A stretch of DNA of 63,850 bases, the filler included, from Candidatus Fermentibacterota bacterium (lineage in GTDB: Bacteria; JAFGKV01): NCBI GenBank assembly GCA_016928395.1. It is 7 parts of 7 records of this genome, joined end to end, with 100 filler letters (N's around TTAATTAATTAA, not from the genome) between each part and the next. Parts side by side here need not be neighbours in the genome. Positions count along the whole stretch, not along the records: positions 51,104 to 55,880 come from JAFGKV010000109.1; positions 55,981 to 63,850 come from JAFGKV010000110.1; 5 more parts are not named here. The stretch is one strand, 5' to 3'. Numbering within the stretch: position 1 is the first letter of the stretch; each line of letters starts with the position of its first letter. The notes beneath the pieces were generated by a model. It was not told the origin of the DNA. It worked only from the letters and a program-made list of their open reading frames with translations, and searched no databases. Positions 51,104-61,408 of the stretch are shown here, in pieces. The position numbers and the translations under genes are program-made.

Positions 51104-54100
51104 GCGACGCGCACATTCATCTGGTGGGCCGCCCAGCCGAGATGGGTCTCCAGGATCTGCCCCACATTCATTCGGGAAGGCACTCCCAGCGGGTTGAGCA
51201 CCATCTCCACCGGCCGCCCATCCGGCATGAACGGCATGTCTTCCTGTGGCACAAGCACCGAAACCACGCCTTTGTTCCCGTGACGACCTGCCATCTTGTC
51301 GCCTACCGAAAGCTTGCGCTTGCGAGCCACGTAGACCTTGACGAGTTTCAGCACTCCGGCGGGAAGTTCGTCGCCCTTGGTGATCCGCTCGACCTCTCGT
51401 TCATAGTTCCGGTTCGTCGCATCGGTGGCTTCGGCCGCTGCCTCGAGAACCCTGCTCACTTCCTCCGATATCTGCGCGTCCTTCACGAGCTTAAAACTGC
51501 GACGGATCCTTGCGGTATCCAAAACCGCCAACTTCTCCTCGGTGAGAACCTCGCCCTTTCGGTAGATAGGCATCCCTGATGCATCGTCCAGCAGGAAACC
51601 GGCGCGTTGCCCGACCAAAGACGCGCGGATCTGGCGATCCATTACCTCCCGAATCCGTCTCACCGCGGCATCCTTGTCCTTGGTAAGCTTATCGATGCGA
51701 CGGCGCTCATCGGCCTTCACCCGCTCGTTGCGATCCCGGCGCGAGAAGACCTTCACTTCTATCACGATCCCATCCATTCCGGGAGGCGCCTTGAGCGATG
51801 CATCGCGGACATCGCGGGCCTTCTCACCGAAAATCGCCCTGAGAAGCCGTTCCTCCGGGGAGAGTTTGGTCTCCCCCTTGGGGGTTACCTTGCCGACAAG
51901 TATGTCATTATGGAAGACTTCGGCTCCCACCCGGATGACGCCCTCTTCGTCCAGGTTCCTGATGGCTCCTTCGCCTACGTTCGGAAGCTCCTTGGTGATC
52001 TCCTCGGGGCCCTGCTTCGTCTCTCTTACCTGGAGCTCGAACTCCTCGATGTGAACCGACGTGAAGGTGTCATCCTTCACAAGGTTCTCGCTGACTACGA
52101 TGGCGTCTTCGAAGTTGAAGCCTCGCCACGGCATGAAAGCAACCAGCACGTTGCGTCCTAAGGCAAGCTCACCTCCGGCCGTGGCTGGCCCATCGGCGAT
52201 CACCTGACCCTTGCGCACTCTGTCACCCTTGCGAACCAGGGGCCGTTGGTTGATGCATGTGTCCTGATTGGACCGCGTGAACTTGGTCAGTCGGTACGTA
52301 TCCAAGCCCAGGAGTTCCGAAGGATCACCATGAAGCGTGCCTTGGGAGAAATCGATTCGCACGGTGTCGCCCGTCACGCGTTCCACGATGCCGTCACGTT
52401 TGGCAATGACTACCGCCGCCGAGTCAACCGCACAGCGGTACTCGAGGCCTGTCCCCACCAGAGGCGGTTCGGTGACCAGGAGAGGCACCGCCTGGCGCTG
52501 CATGTTGGAACCCATCAGCGCTCGGTTGGCGTCATCGTTCTCTAGAAACGGAATCAGCGCCGCCGCCACCGAGACCATCTGCATCGGCGCCACATCCATG
52601 TAGTCGATCTGGTCTCGTCGGACCAAGGGAAAGTCACCACCACGCCTGGCCATGATGATGCCGTTCACCAGCACACCATTCTCATCGATGGGTTCACTAG
52701 CCTGCACGATGTTCTTGTTGACCTCTCGGTCCGCGGTGAGATACTCCAGCGTCTCCGTTATTCGCCCATCCTTGACCTTCCGGTAGGGAGTCTCCAGAAA
52801 CCCGTAGTCGTTGATCCGCGCATAGGTAGCCAAGGAGGTGATGAGGCCAATGTTCGGGCCTTCCGGCGTCTCCACGGGACACAGCCGCCCATAGTGGGTG
52901 TGATGCACATCCCGAACCTCGAAACCCGCGCGATCCCTGGTGAGACCGCCAGGCCCCAACGCACTAAGGCGTCGTTTGTTGGTAACCTCTGCCAACGGAT
53001 TGGTCTGGTCCATGAACTGCGACAGCTGGCTCGATCCGAAGAAGGCATTCACCACTGCCGAGACGGTTCGCGAATTCACCAACTCGTTCGGCTTTACCTC
53101 CTCTGTATTCAGAAGGCTCATCCGTTCCCGCACGATCCTTGCCATGCGGGTCAAGCCCATGAGCAGCTGGTTCGCCAACAACTCGCCGACAGGGCGAGCA
53201 CGGCGATTCCCTAAGTGGTCAATGTCATCGACCATGCCTTTGCCATTGCGCAGTTCCCGCAGCGCGTTGACGATGGCAACAATGTCATCCACCGTCAGCA
53301 CTCGCTCCTCGGGCGGAGTCTTCAGCTTCAGTCGCTGGTTAAGTTTGTAGCGACCCACCCTCCCCAAATCGTATCGTTTGGGGCTGAAGAACAGACGATG
53401 GAGGAAGTTCCTAGCGGTTTCCAGGTTGGGGGGGTCACCCGGCCTCAGGAGGTTGTAGATCTTGATCAACGCCTCCTTTTCGCTGGAGGTCGTGTCCCGA
53501 CGAAGGCTGTTCAGCATGACGTTCGCAGAGTCGCCGCGGTCAGACGTAATGATCTCGATAGAGGCGATGCCATGACTGCGCAACAGGTCGAGGTCACCTT
53601 CAGTAAGCTCATGTCCAGCCTTGAGGAGGGGTTCTCCCGCCGGCGAGACAGGGTCCGGAATGGGGGCCACAACCACCTTCCCAACCAACTTGCTTGCCTT
53701 TCCTGCAGGGTCGTCGATATCCACCTGTCCCGTCTTGTAGAAGAGCTTGAGAATGCTCTCGTCACTCTGGTAACCCAGCGCGCGTAGCAGCACGGTGACG
53801 GGAATCTTTCGCTTCCGCTCGCTATGCACGAACATCACGTCTTTGATGTCGAGACTGAACTCCACCCACGGCCCGCGGTAGGGAATGACCCTGGCAGAGA
53901 ATAGGCGCTTTCCGTTAGGGTGCACTTCGTCATCAAAGAACGCGCCAGGAGACCGGTGGAGTTGGCTGACTACCACCCGTTCTGCGCCGTTGATGATGAA
54001 TGTGCCCTTCTCAGTGATGAGGGGCAGTTCCCCGAGATAGACCTCCTGCTCGATGATCTCCCGTGTGCGCTTCTGATCATCCTCCTCTTCGTTGACCAAG

Positions 54101-54408
54101 AGCCTCAGAGCCGCTTTCAAGGGCACTGAAAACGTGAGATCCCGTTCGATGCATTCACGCTCTGTATACTTTGGGCGCCCAATTGAGTATGAGACAAAAT
54201 CAAGGATGATGCTCTCACGGGCGTCCGTGATTGGGAACACTTCCTTGAAGACGAGCTGAAGCCCTTGCTCCTTGCGCTGCGAGGGTTCTACGTCAGCCTG
54301 CAGAAACGCATTGTATGACTGCAGCTGGGCGTCGAGGAGATTGGGCATCTCGACGCTCGCGACAACCTTCTCGTAGTTCTTCCTGCCTGTGTCGTGCACG
54401 CTCACCAA
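51104..54408 (-). CDS. rpoB: RNA polymerase beta subunit (3' cut by linker)
   Basis: FIINGAERVVVSQLHRSPG, SSQLSQFMDQTNPL, ETPEGPNIGL, GDKMAGRHGNKGV, NPLGVPSRMN. Confidence 0.99.
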
Positions 54409-54514
54409 GCCACCTTCCCCCTGGTAGAGTAACGCCGCGCCTCATCACTTTCGATGGGCCCTGACGTCACGGAAGCGCCGGCCGAACCCGTTGCGTCGAC
54501 CGGCACCGGCGGAC

Positions 54515-54904
54515 CTACTTCAACTGAATACTGGCGCCAACCTCTTCAAGCTTGACCTTCATTTCGTCGGCCTCTGCCTTGGTTACGCCTTCCTTGACGG
54601 GCTTGGGCGCACCATCGACCAAGTCCTTGGCTTCCTTGAGCCCCAGCCCAGTCAGCTGGCGAACGATCTTGATGACTTGGATCTTCTGGGCACCGACCTC
54701 AGCCAGGATCACGTCGAATGCTGTCTGTTCCTCTTCTTCGGGCGCAGCCGCTCCTGCCGGCGCGGCTGCGGCCGCCATCGGAGCAACTGCTGACACGCCG
54801 AAGCGATCCTGAAGATCCTTCACCAACTCGGCCAGCTCCAAAACCTTCATGTTCTCGATCATCTCGATGATGACTGCCTTCGAACTCTTCTCAGTGGTAT
54901 CCAC
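54515..54904 (-). CDS. rplL: 50S ribosomal protein L7/L12
   Basis: [33 protein letters not shown]; synteny. Confidence 0.98.
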   Translation of the reverse strand: MDTTEKSSKAVIIEMIENMKVLELAELVKDLQDRFGVSAVAPMAAAAAPAGAAAPEEEEQTAFDVILAEVGAQKIQVIKIVRQLTGLGLKEAKDLVDGAPKPVKEGVTKAEADEMKVKLEEVGASIQLK

Positions 54905-54923
54905 GCTGGATTCCCCTTTCTAG

Positions 54924-55451
54924 CTAGCTTGCGGAAGCTTCTTTCTTCTGTCGAATTCCATCAATAACGCCGGTCAGGTTTCCCAGCAGAGCACCGAGGG
55001 TATACACCAGACCCGACAACGGTGCGCCGATTCCGGCACTCACCTGCGCGAGCAATTGCTGGCGTGTAGGGAGCGTGGCAAGGCTCGCGACACGATCCTC
55101 TCCGAGCACGGTTCCTTCCACCCAGGCGCCCTTGAGGCGGGGCTTCCCGTACTGCCGCTGGAACTCCGCGACGATCCTGGCGGGGCCCGCGGGGTCTTCA
55201 GTCGCCAGGACTACCCCAGTAGGTCCCCTGAGGTAATCGGAGATACTCTCCAACGGCGTGTCGCGCACTGCCAAGCGGGCAAGCCGGTTCTTGACGACTA
55301 TGTACCTGAGGTTCGCCTGGCGGCAGCGATTCCGGAGATCGGTAACGGCTTCCACGGTCAAACCGGTGAAGTCCGCCAGCACGAGCCCTCGAACATCCTG
55401 GAAACGCTGAGCGAGCTCGCGTACTTCCTTCTCTTTCAGCTCTGTCGGCAT
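54924..55451 (-). CDS. rplJ: 50S ribosomal protein L10
   Basis: ADFTGLTV..LR, VVKNRL, GPT, LATLPTR; synteny. Confidence 0.97.
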   Translation of the reverse strand: MPTELKEKEVRELAQRFQDVRGLVLADFTGLTVEAVTDLRNRCRQANLRYIVVKNRLARLAVRDTPLESISDYLRGPTGVVLATEDPAGPARIVAEFQRQYGKPRLKGAWVEGTVLGEDRVASLATLPTRQQLLAQVSAGIGAPLSGLVYTLGALLGNLTGVIDGIRQKKEASAS

Positions 55452-55460
55452 GGGTGCACC

Positions 55461-55880
55461 CTACCTGAAGATTTCGCTGAGGCTGGATGGATCCACGGTG
55501 ATCCCCGGCCCCATGGTACTGCTAATGGCCACATGATTGAGATAGCGTCCTTTGAGCCCCGTGGGGCGCGCCCTGGCCACCGACTCCAGAAACGCCGTCA
55601 TGTTTTCCAGCAACTTGTCGGGACCGAAGGACACCTTGCCCACCGCGGCCTGGACATTGGCCCCCCGGTCGACGCGATACTCTATCTTGCCGGCCTTCGC
55701 ATCCCGGACGGCCTTGCCGACATCTCGAGTAACCGTGCCCGACTTCGGATTTGGCATGAGCCCTCGTGGACCAAGGACCCTGCCCAAAGGACCCACGATC
55801 CCCATCATGTCAGGAGACGCCACCGCGGCGTCAAACTCCAGCCAGCCCTCTTTGATGCGATCTGCCAGATCCTTCCCTCC
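55461..55880 (-). CDS. rplA: 50S ribosomal protein L1 (5' cut by linker)
   Basis: [32 protein letters not shown]. Confidence 0.98.
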   Translation of the reverse strand, partial: GGKDLADRIKEGWLEFDAAVASPDMMGIVGPLGRVLGPRGLMPNPKSGTVTRDVGKAVRDAKAGKIEYRVDRGANVQAAVGKVSFGPDKLLENMTAFLESVARARPTGLKGRYLNHVAISSTMGPGITVDPSSLSEIFR

Positions 55881-56175
55881 NNNNNNNNNNNNNNNNNNNN
55901 NNNNNNNNNNNNNNNNNNNNNNNNTTAATTAATTAANNNNNNNNNNNNNNNNNNNNNNNNNNNNNNNNNNNNNNNNNNNNCGCACTACACAAAGCCAACG
56001 TCTAGTCGCCACATACCAGTGAGCGCAGGATTCCCCGATCCGGCTTTCGCAAAGGGAGACTGAGAGGAATTTTGCCCCATATCGCTTCCGAAGCGTCCTG
56101 TTTCACCAGGCCGTCGGCCGGGGTATCTTGCGCACGTATGCGGACAGACCCAGGACTACGTCAGGAGGCACACCG

Positions 56176-56379
56176 ATGACGAACACATCGTGCCAGGGGG
56201 TGAGCGCTCCGGGGTATGACCCTGCGCCGCAACCGCGTCGGACACAAGATCCGGACGACGGTGTGGATGTGACGCTCATCCGATGGATGCTCTCCATGTC
56301 TCCTGAACAGCGACTGGAGGTTCTCCAGAATGCTGTCGACTCCCTTGAAGAGCTGCGCGATGCCGCGAAGCTCGCCTGA
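56176..56379 (+). CDS. Small partner protein of a nucleotidyltransferase (putative antitoxin)
   Basis: AGGAGG RBS, GVDVTLIRWMLSMSPEQRL; overlaps the downstream gene. Confidence 0.65.
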   Translation: MTNTSCQGVSAPGYDPAPQPRRTQDPDDGVDVTLIRWMLSMSPEQRLEVLQNAVDSLEELRDAAKLA

Positions 56380-56851
56380 CTTCCTGGGCATTCTTCGAGT
56401 TCTGCACGGGCACAATGTCCGCTCCATCGTGGTCGGCGGGGTCTGCGCGACCTTGCATGGGGCGCCGGTGGCGACCTTCGACCTTGATCTCGTTCACGCT
56501 CGTGATGAGCAAGACCTCGACCGGCTCATCACGGCCCTCGACGAGCTTGGCGCAGTCTACCGTCTCCGGGGCGAGCAGAAGCTCTCGCCTCAGCGAGACG
56601 GTCTCCGGGGCGACGGGCACCATCTCCTGATGACCACGCACGGACCCCTGGATCTCCTCGGTGTCATCGGCAGAGGCCGAGACTTCAGCAGCCTGCTGCC
56701 ACAGTGCGCCAGAGTCGACATCGGCGGGTTCATCGTCAACGTGCTTCCTCTGGCGCTACTCATTCAAACCAAGCGAGAGGCCGGCCGTGCGCGAGACCTG
56801 GCGGTGCTCCCGATTCTTGAGCGTACTCTGGCGGAACGCCACGGCGCCTAA
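56360..56851 (+). CDS. Nucleotidyltransferase-fold protein (DUF6036/AbiEii-like, putative toxin)
   Basis: IVVGGVCATLHG..TFDLDL, GPLDLL, KREAGRARD. Confidence 0.75.
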   Translation: MPRSSPDFLGILRVLHGHNVRSIVVGGVCATLHGAPVATFDLDLVHARDEQDLDRLITALDELGAVYRLRGEQKLSPQRDGLRGDGHHLLMTTHGPLDLLGVIGRGRDFSSLLPQCARVDIGGFIVNVLPLALLIQTKREAGRARDLAVLPILERTLAERHGA

Positions 56852-57285
56852 TCTCACCGAGAGGCGCGCCGCGCTCGCTAATCCAGACCCCCCTCTGCCC
56901 AATCTCTCATCGATAGCCGTCGCTATCTCCTTGACCTTCCCCCGGTGTCTTCAGATGTTGCAGCCCATCGGAAGGTCGGCGTAGTGTACCGTTGAGCCGG
57001 GATAATGCCCCGGCGTGGCGGCACCCGGCCCTTCCGCACAAGGGGTGCGCATGAGCTGTGGCCTCCTGCTGCGATCTTTTCGATTCCCCCCCTCAGCCCT
57101 CGCTCCACCGCGGGCAGGGCTTCCTCAGTGTGGTCGTTTTCCCCCTGTTTCGTGTTCCCCCATCTCCCCTTCAGCCTGGCAGGTGCTGCCGGAAAGGAGC
57201 CCGCGTGATGAGTTCCATGCGTATGGGTCTGTACCATTCACCCTGTAGCCACGGCGCTGTGCGCCGTGCATGGAGGAGGCCTGGA

Positions 57286-59475
57286 ATGAAAGCCAGTGTG
57301 ACGGTGCTCGGGTTGATGCTGCTGTGCGTGGTGGCATCCGCGGAGATTCCACAGATGATCAGCTATCAGGGTAAGGTGACGGATGCGGCGGGGAATCCTG
57401 TCGCGGACGATACCTACACCATGCGGTTTCGGATCTACGATCAATTTGCCGGGGGTGCGCTGCAGTGGGACAGCGGTGACCAGAGTGTGGAGGTGGCGGG
57501 AGGCGTGTTCAGCGTCTTGTTGGGCGAGAGCCCGCAGCCTACGCTGGGGCTCGACTTCAGCACCGACTACTGGCTTCAGGTGACCTTTGCGGGAGTGGAT
57601 CAGACGCCCTGCCAGCGCCTGACATCCGCGGGATACGCGTACATGGCCAGCGGGCTGGTGGCGGGGACCGAGGTGATCGGGTCGGTGACGAGTGGGACAT
57701 CGGCGGCGGTCAAGGGGACGAACACGTCCACCGTCGGCTCCACCTACGGTGTCTACGGCGTCAGCTCCTCCACTGCCGGCTCCACCTGCGGTGTCTACGG
57801 CGTCAGCTCCTCCACTGCCGGCAGGGGGGTCTATGGCTGGGCTGCGGCCACCTCGGGCTACACCTCAGGCGTCTATGGCGTGAGCCACTCCGAGAACGGC
57901 CGCGGGGTGCAGGGCCTGGCCGTCCTCTCCTCGGGCACCAACTATGGGGGCTACTTCGAGAGCTACTCCCCCGAAGGCTGCGGGGTGTATGGCAGTGCCA
58001 CCGCCACATCGGGTAGCACCTACGGCGGCTACTTCCAGAGCGACTCCCCCGCAGGCCGCGCGGTGTACGGCGTTTGCACCGCCACATCGGGCGACGCCCG
58101 CGCAGGATACTTCAAGAGTTTCTCCCCCTCGGGCTGCGGAGTGTACGGCTGGGCCACGGCCACGGAGGGTACCACCTCCGGAGGCCGCTTCGAGACCTCC
58201 TCTCCCGACGGTCACGCGGTGTGGGGCTTGTCCTGGGCCACCTCAGGCGGGGCCTCGGGCATCTATGGCGAGAGCCACTCTCCTGTCGGCCGCGGGGTGT
58301 ACGGCCGGGCAACCTCAGTATCTGGCGGGGCCTCGGGCGTCTATGGTGAGAGCTCCTCCACCGACGGCCGAGGAGTTACCGGCTGGGCCTCCGCCACATC
58401 GGGTTCCACCTATGGAGGGCGGTTCTCTACTGCCTCGCCCGAGGGCCTCGGCGTGCTCGGCTGGGCCACCGCCTCATCGGGTTCCGGCTCCGGCGTTCTT
58501 GGCGCGAGCGCCTCCCCCTCAGGCCGCGGGGTGCACGGCTGGGCCACGGCCACGTTCGGCACCACGTACGGCGTCTATGGCGAGAACCTCTCCAGCGCCG
58601 GCCGCGGGGTATACGGCTGGGCCGCGGCAACGTCGGGCTCCACCTACGGCATCTTTGGCGAGAGCTCCTCCACCGCCGGCCGCGGCGTGTACGGCTATGC
58701 CACCGCCGCATCGGGCACCACGTACGGCGTCTATGGCCGCAACGCCTCCACCGGCGGCCGCGGGGTGTACGGCTGGGTCAGTGCCACGTCGGGTACCACC
58801 TACGGCGTCGTTGGCGAAAGCTCCTCCACCGACGGCCGCGGGGTGTACGGCTGGGCCAGCGCCAACTCGGGCACCACCAACGGCGTCTATGGCCGCAGCG
58901 CCTCGACCGCAGGCCGCGGCGTGCGTGGCTACGCCGTCGCCACATCCGGCGTGACTTTTGGTGTGCATGGCCAGAGCGAATCGCCGAGCGGCTATGGCGT
59001 CTACTACGCCGGTGGCCTTGCCGGCAGCGGCACCAAGAGCTGTGTGGTCAAGACATCGAAAGGCCCGACCCTCATGTACTGCCAGGAGAGCCCCGAGAAC
59101 TGGTTCGAGGACTTCGGCAAAGGCCGTCTCGTGCGTGGCAGATGCCGCATCGAGCTGGATCCGCTGTTCCTGGAGACCGTGACCGTCGATAAGGCTCACC
59201 CGATGCACGTCTTCGTGCAGTTGGGTGGCGACTGCCGGGGTGTGTTCGTGGAAGAGGGAGTCATCGGGTTCGAGGTGATCGAGCTCCAGGGCGGGACGTC
59301 CTCCGTTCCCTTCACGTACCGCGTGGTCGCCAAGCGCAAGGGCTTCGAGGCGAAGCGCCTGGACGTGTGCGAGGCGGCGCGAACGGACGGCTACCTGTAT
59401 CCCGAAGTCCGGGAGAAGGAGCGGGAGGAGATAGGAGTCAGGCGTGAGGCGTCAGGCGAGAGGCGCGAAAAGTAA
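57286..59475 (+). CDS. Secreted Gly/Ser/Thr-rich repeat surface (fibre/adhesin-like) protein
   Basis: GGAGGAGG RBS, signal peptide, EIPQMISYQGKVTD N-domain, many ~26-aa repeats (GRGVYGWASATSGTTYGVYGESSSTA), C-terminal YCQESPENWFEDFG...FTYRVVAKRKG domain. Confidence 0.85.
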   Translation: MKASVTVLGLMLLCVVASAEIPQMISYQGKVTDAAGNPVADDTYTMRFRIYDQFAGGALQWDSGDQSVEVAGGVFSVLLGESPQPTLGLDFSTDYWLQVTFAGVDQTPCQRLTSAGYAYMASGLVAGTEVIGSVTSGTSAAVKGTNTSTVGSTYGVYGVSSSTAGSTCGVYGVSSSTAGRGVYGWAAATSGYTSGVYGVSHSENGRGVQGLAVLSSGTNYGGYFESYSPEGCGVYGSATATSGSTYGGYFQSDSPAGRAVYGVCTATSGDARAGYFKSFSPSGCGVYGWATATEGTTSGGRFETSSPDGHAVWGLSWATSGGASGIYGESHSPVGRGVYGRATSVSGGASGVYGESSSTDGRGVTGWASATSGSTYGGRFSTASPEGLGVLGWATASSGSGSGVLGASASPSGRGVHGWATATFGTTYGVYGENLSSAGRGVYGWAAATSGSTYGIFGESSSTAGRGVYGYATAASGTTYGVYGRNASTGGRGVYGWVSATSGTTYGVVGESSSTDGRGVYGWASANSGTTNGVYGRSASTAGRGVRGYAVATSGVTFGVHGQSESPSGYGVYYAGGLAGSGTKSCVVKTSKGPTLMYCQESPENWFEDFGKGRLVRGRCRIELDPLFLETVTVDKAHPMHVFVQLGGDCRGVFVEEGVIGFEVIELQGGTSSVPFTYRVVAKRKGFEAKRLDVCEAARTDGYLYPEVREKEREEIGVRREASGERREK

Positions 59476-59676
59476 GGCGGCGTAGCCGCAGAACTGCGTG
59501 GCGACAGCGAGTTGGGACTGGGCTGACAGCCGAGATCAGAAAGCTGAGAGCTCGTCGCGGAGCGAGGCTCGTCTCGCGACCTTCCTTCTTCTCCGAGAAT
59601 GAGATCCGCTCACCTGGGGCGGGTGTCCCTGGCGTAGCCTGGAAGAATGGCACTATTCTGCTTCGTAAATACGAGT

Positions 59677-60957
59677 TCACGCGGCTCTTTCTTGGGGCTC
59701 GATCGAGACGTGATGGCCAAGCGATGCAAGACGCTTCAGATGGTAGGTGACGAGACTCTCGTTGTTGAGTCGGTCGAAGTAGTCCGCGCCTAGATCTTCG
59801 TAGAGTTGATGACGGGTGAGCATGTAGTAGATAGTCGCGAGTATGGAATGTGCGAGGGCCACCTGGGCGCGCTTCTTCCCCCTCCGCCGCGCAAGTCGAC
59901 GGTGTTGCTCGGACAGATACGTGTTCCGGGTGCGACTGGCCGCCCATGCCACCTGGGTCAATGTGCCACGAAGCCACCGATTGCCTTTTGTCGTCTTTCC
60001 TGTCCGCCGCTTGCCTGCGCTCTCGTTGTTCCCCGGACATACGCCCGCCCATGATGCAAGATGTCCGGCGGTCGGAAACTGGCTCATGTCCGTCCCTATC
60101 TCTGCAACGATTGCCTCCGCGCTGCGTACATCTATCCCCGGTACACTCACCAGCAGTTCTACTGCTTCCGTGAATCCCATGATGCCCTCCTCTCCCTCCC
60201 GCTCACCGCTCAGTTCGTCCGAGCGCAGCACCGTCTCGATCCGTGCCGTCAGTTCCACAAGCACCTCTCCCAAGTACTGCCAATGCCTATACAGCGTCCC
60301 CAGCATGAATCGATGATGGTCCGTTACCTTCCCCTCCAGCGCCATCCTCAGCTCCGGCAGTTTCCGCCGTAACCGTCGCCGCGCCTTCTCTGCCAGTACT
60401 CCCGCGTCGTCCTCACCTCCGATGATTGCCGTGATCATCGCCTGCCCCGATACCCCCATGATATCCGACGCCACCGCACTCAGCTTGATGTTCCCATCCT
60501 CCAGTACCTTCTGCATCCGGTTCACCACCCGCGCACGCTCTGCCGTCACCTGCGTCCGATGTCTCGTCAGATCCCGTAACTCCCGGTGCGGTCGCGGCGG
60601 TATGAAGCTCCCTCTCAGGAGCCCATGCTGTAACAGCTGCGCCAGCCACTGGCAGTCCCGTACATCCGTCTTCCGCCCCGGCACCTGCTTCACATGATGG
60701 GCGTTGCAGATCAACACCTCAAACCGCCCCTCAAGCAGGTTGTACAACGGCTTCCAATACACTCCCGTCGATTCCATCGCCACGTGTGTCACCCCCCACC
60801 CCTCCAACCACTCACCAAGCTCCACCAACTCTCTCGTCATGGTCCCAAACGTCCGAGTCTCCTGCTCCACCCCTCCTCCCTCCGCCACCCGTACGTTCAC
60901 CTTCACGTTCTGCTTGTGCACATCGATCCCTGCGCACCTCGCATACATGACGTCCAT
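59677..60957 (-). CDS. IS110 family transposase/recombinase (DEDD RuvC-like + Tnp20)
   Basis: GIDVHK, MESTG, KTDVRD, LVSVPGI..AEIG..F, CPGNNESAGK (catalytic Ser), VALAH; GAGGAGGT RBS. Confidence 0.96.
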   Translation of the reverse strand: MDVMYARCAGIDVHKQNVKVNVRVAEGGGVEQETRTFGTMTRELVELGEWLEGWGVTHVAMESTGVYWKPLYNLLEGRFEVLICNAHHVKQVPGRKTDVRDCQWLAQLLQHGLLRGSFIPPRPHRELRDLTRHRTQVTAERARVVNRMQKVLEDGNIKLSAVASDIMGVSGQAMITAIIGGEDDAGVLAEKARRRLRRKLPELRMALEGKVTDHHRFMLGTLYRHWQYLGEVLVELTARIETVLRSDELSGEREGEEGIMGFTEAVELLVSVPGIDVRSAEAIVAEIGTDMSQFPTAGHLASWAGVCPGNNESAGKRRTGKTTKGNRWLRGTLTQVAWAASRTRNTYLSEQHRRLARRRGKKRAQVALAHSILATIYYMLTRHQLYEDLGADYFDRLNNESLVTYHLKRLASLGHHVSIEPQERAA

Positions 60958-60979
60958 CTCTCACCTCCTCTGTGCTCTT

Positions 60980-61131
60980 CGCCAAGGAGGACATCGCGTG
61001 CTCTTCCATTCTGCTTCGCGCGCTCGCCGGATCCCCGGCGGCAACACTCTTGGGTGCGGTTCGATGTCCACGCCAGACTAACATCCGGGCTCAACGCTCC
61101 AAGAATAGACGGCGTCTTCCCTTGGCGTCCT
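60980..61131 (-). ncRNA. Predicted IS110 bridge RNA
   Basis: Outer stem 61120-61127/60980-60987; loop 1 closed by 61111-61115/61070-61074; loop 2 closed by 61062-61069/60989-60996. Guide matches at 61102-61108, 61076-61084 and 61008-61018. Confidence 0.8.
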
Positions 61132-61137
61132 CGCCAC

Positions 61138-61166
61138 AGTCTAGCGGACCCCACGACCATTTTCAT
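61138..61166 (-). promoter_or_regulatory. Candidate promoter for the bridge RNA/transposase
   Basis: ATGAAA-N17-TAGACT on the minus strand, placing the start near 61131 just before the outer stem. Confidence 0.55.
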
Positions 61167-61408
61167 CCTCTTCGGGCGTCGCCCCTCGGCGTCATGACGA
61201 CTAACATGAGAATAGTGTCTCTCTTGTGCTCCCGCGGGCCTCCCCTGCGGGAGTATGCCGCTTTCCCCTCCTGAGCGGCATACGACGTCGCTGGGCCGTC
61301 CCGACAAGAGACTCAGTCATCCCCTCGATGATTCAGGGAGTCGCGGCCTTGACAGTACCCATTACTCTGCCCAATATGTGGTCGCTTCAATCCTCAAAGG
61401 AGACTACA

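Larger units (their letters stand above)
59658..61202 (-). mobile_element. Complete IS110-family insertion sequence bounded by CT cores (59658-59659, 61201-61202)
   Basis: Intact transposase. Removing the element reconstitutes the hairpin CACTATTCT-AACATG-AGAATAGTG. Guide-like matches in the non-coding end support these ends. Confidence 0.88.

Noticed and set aside
59651-61217. CACTATTCT/AGAATAGTG as IS terminal inverted repeats, or a CA/TG core
   Set aside because: The CT-core model explains all three guide matches and the handshake bases at once and restores a looped hairpin; the alternatives do not.
61349-61377. TTGACA-N17-CAATAT promoter for the Phd-PIN pair
   Set aside because: The -10 match is weak; plausible but not supportable.
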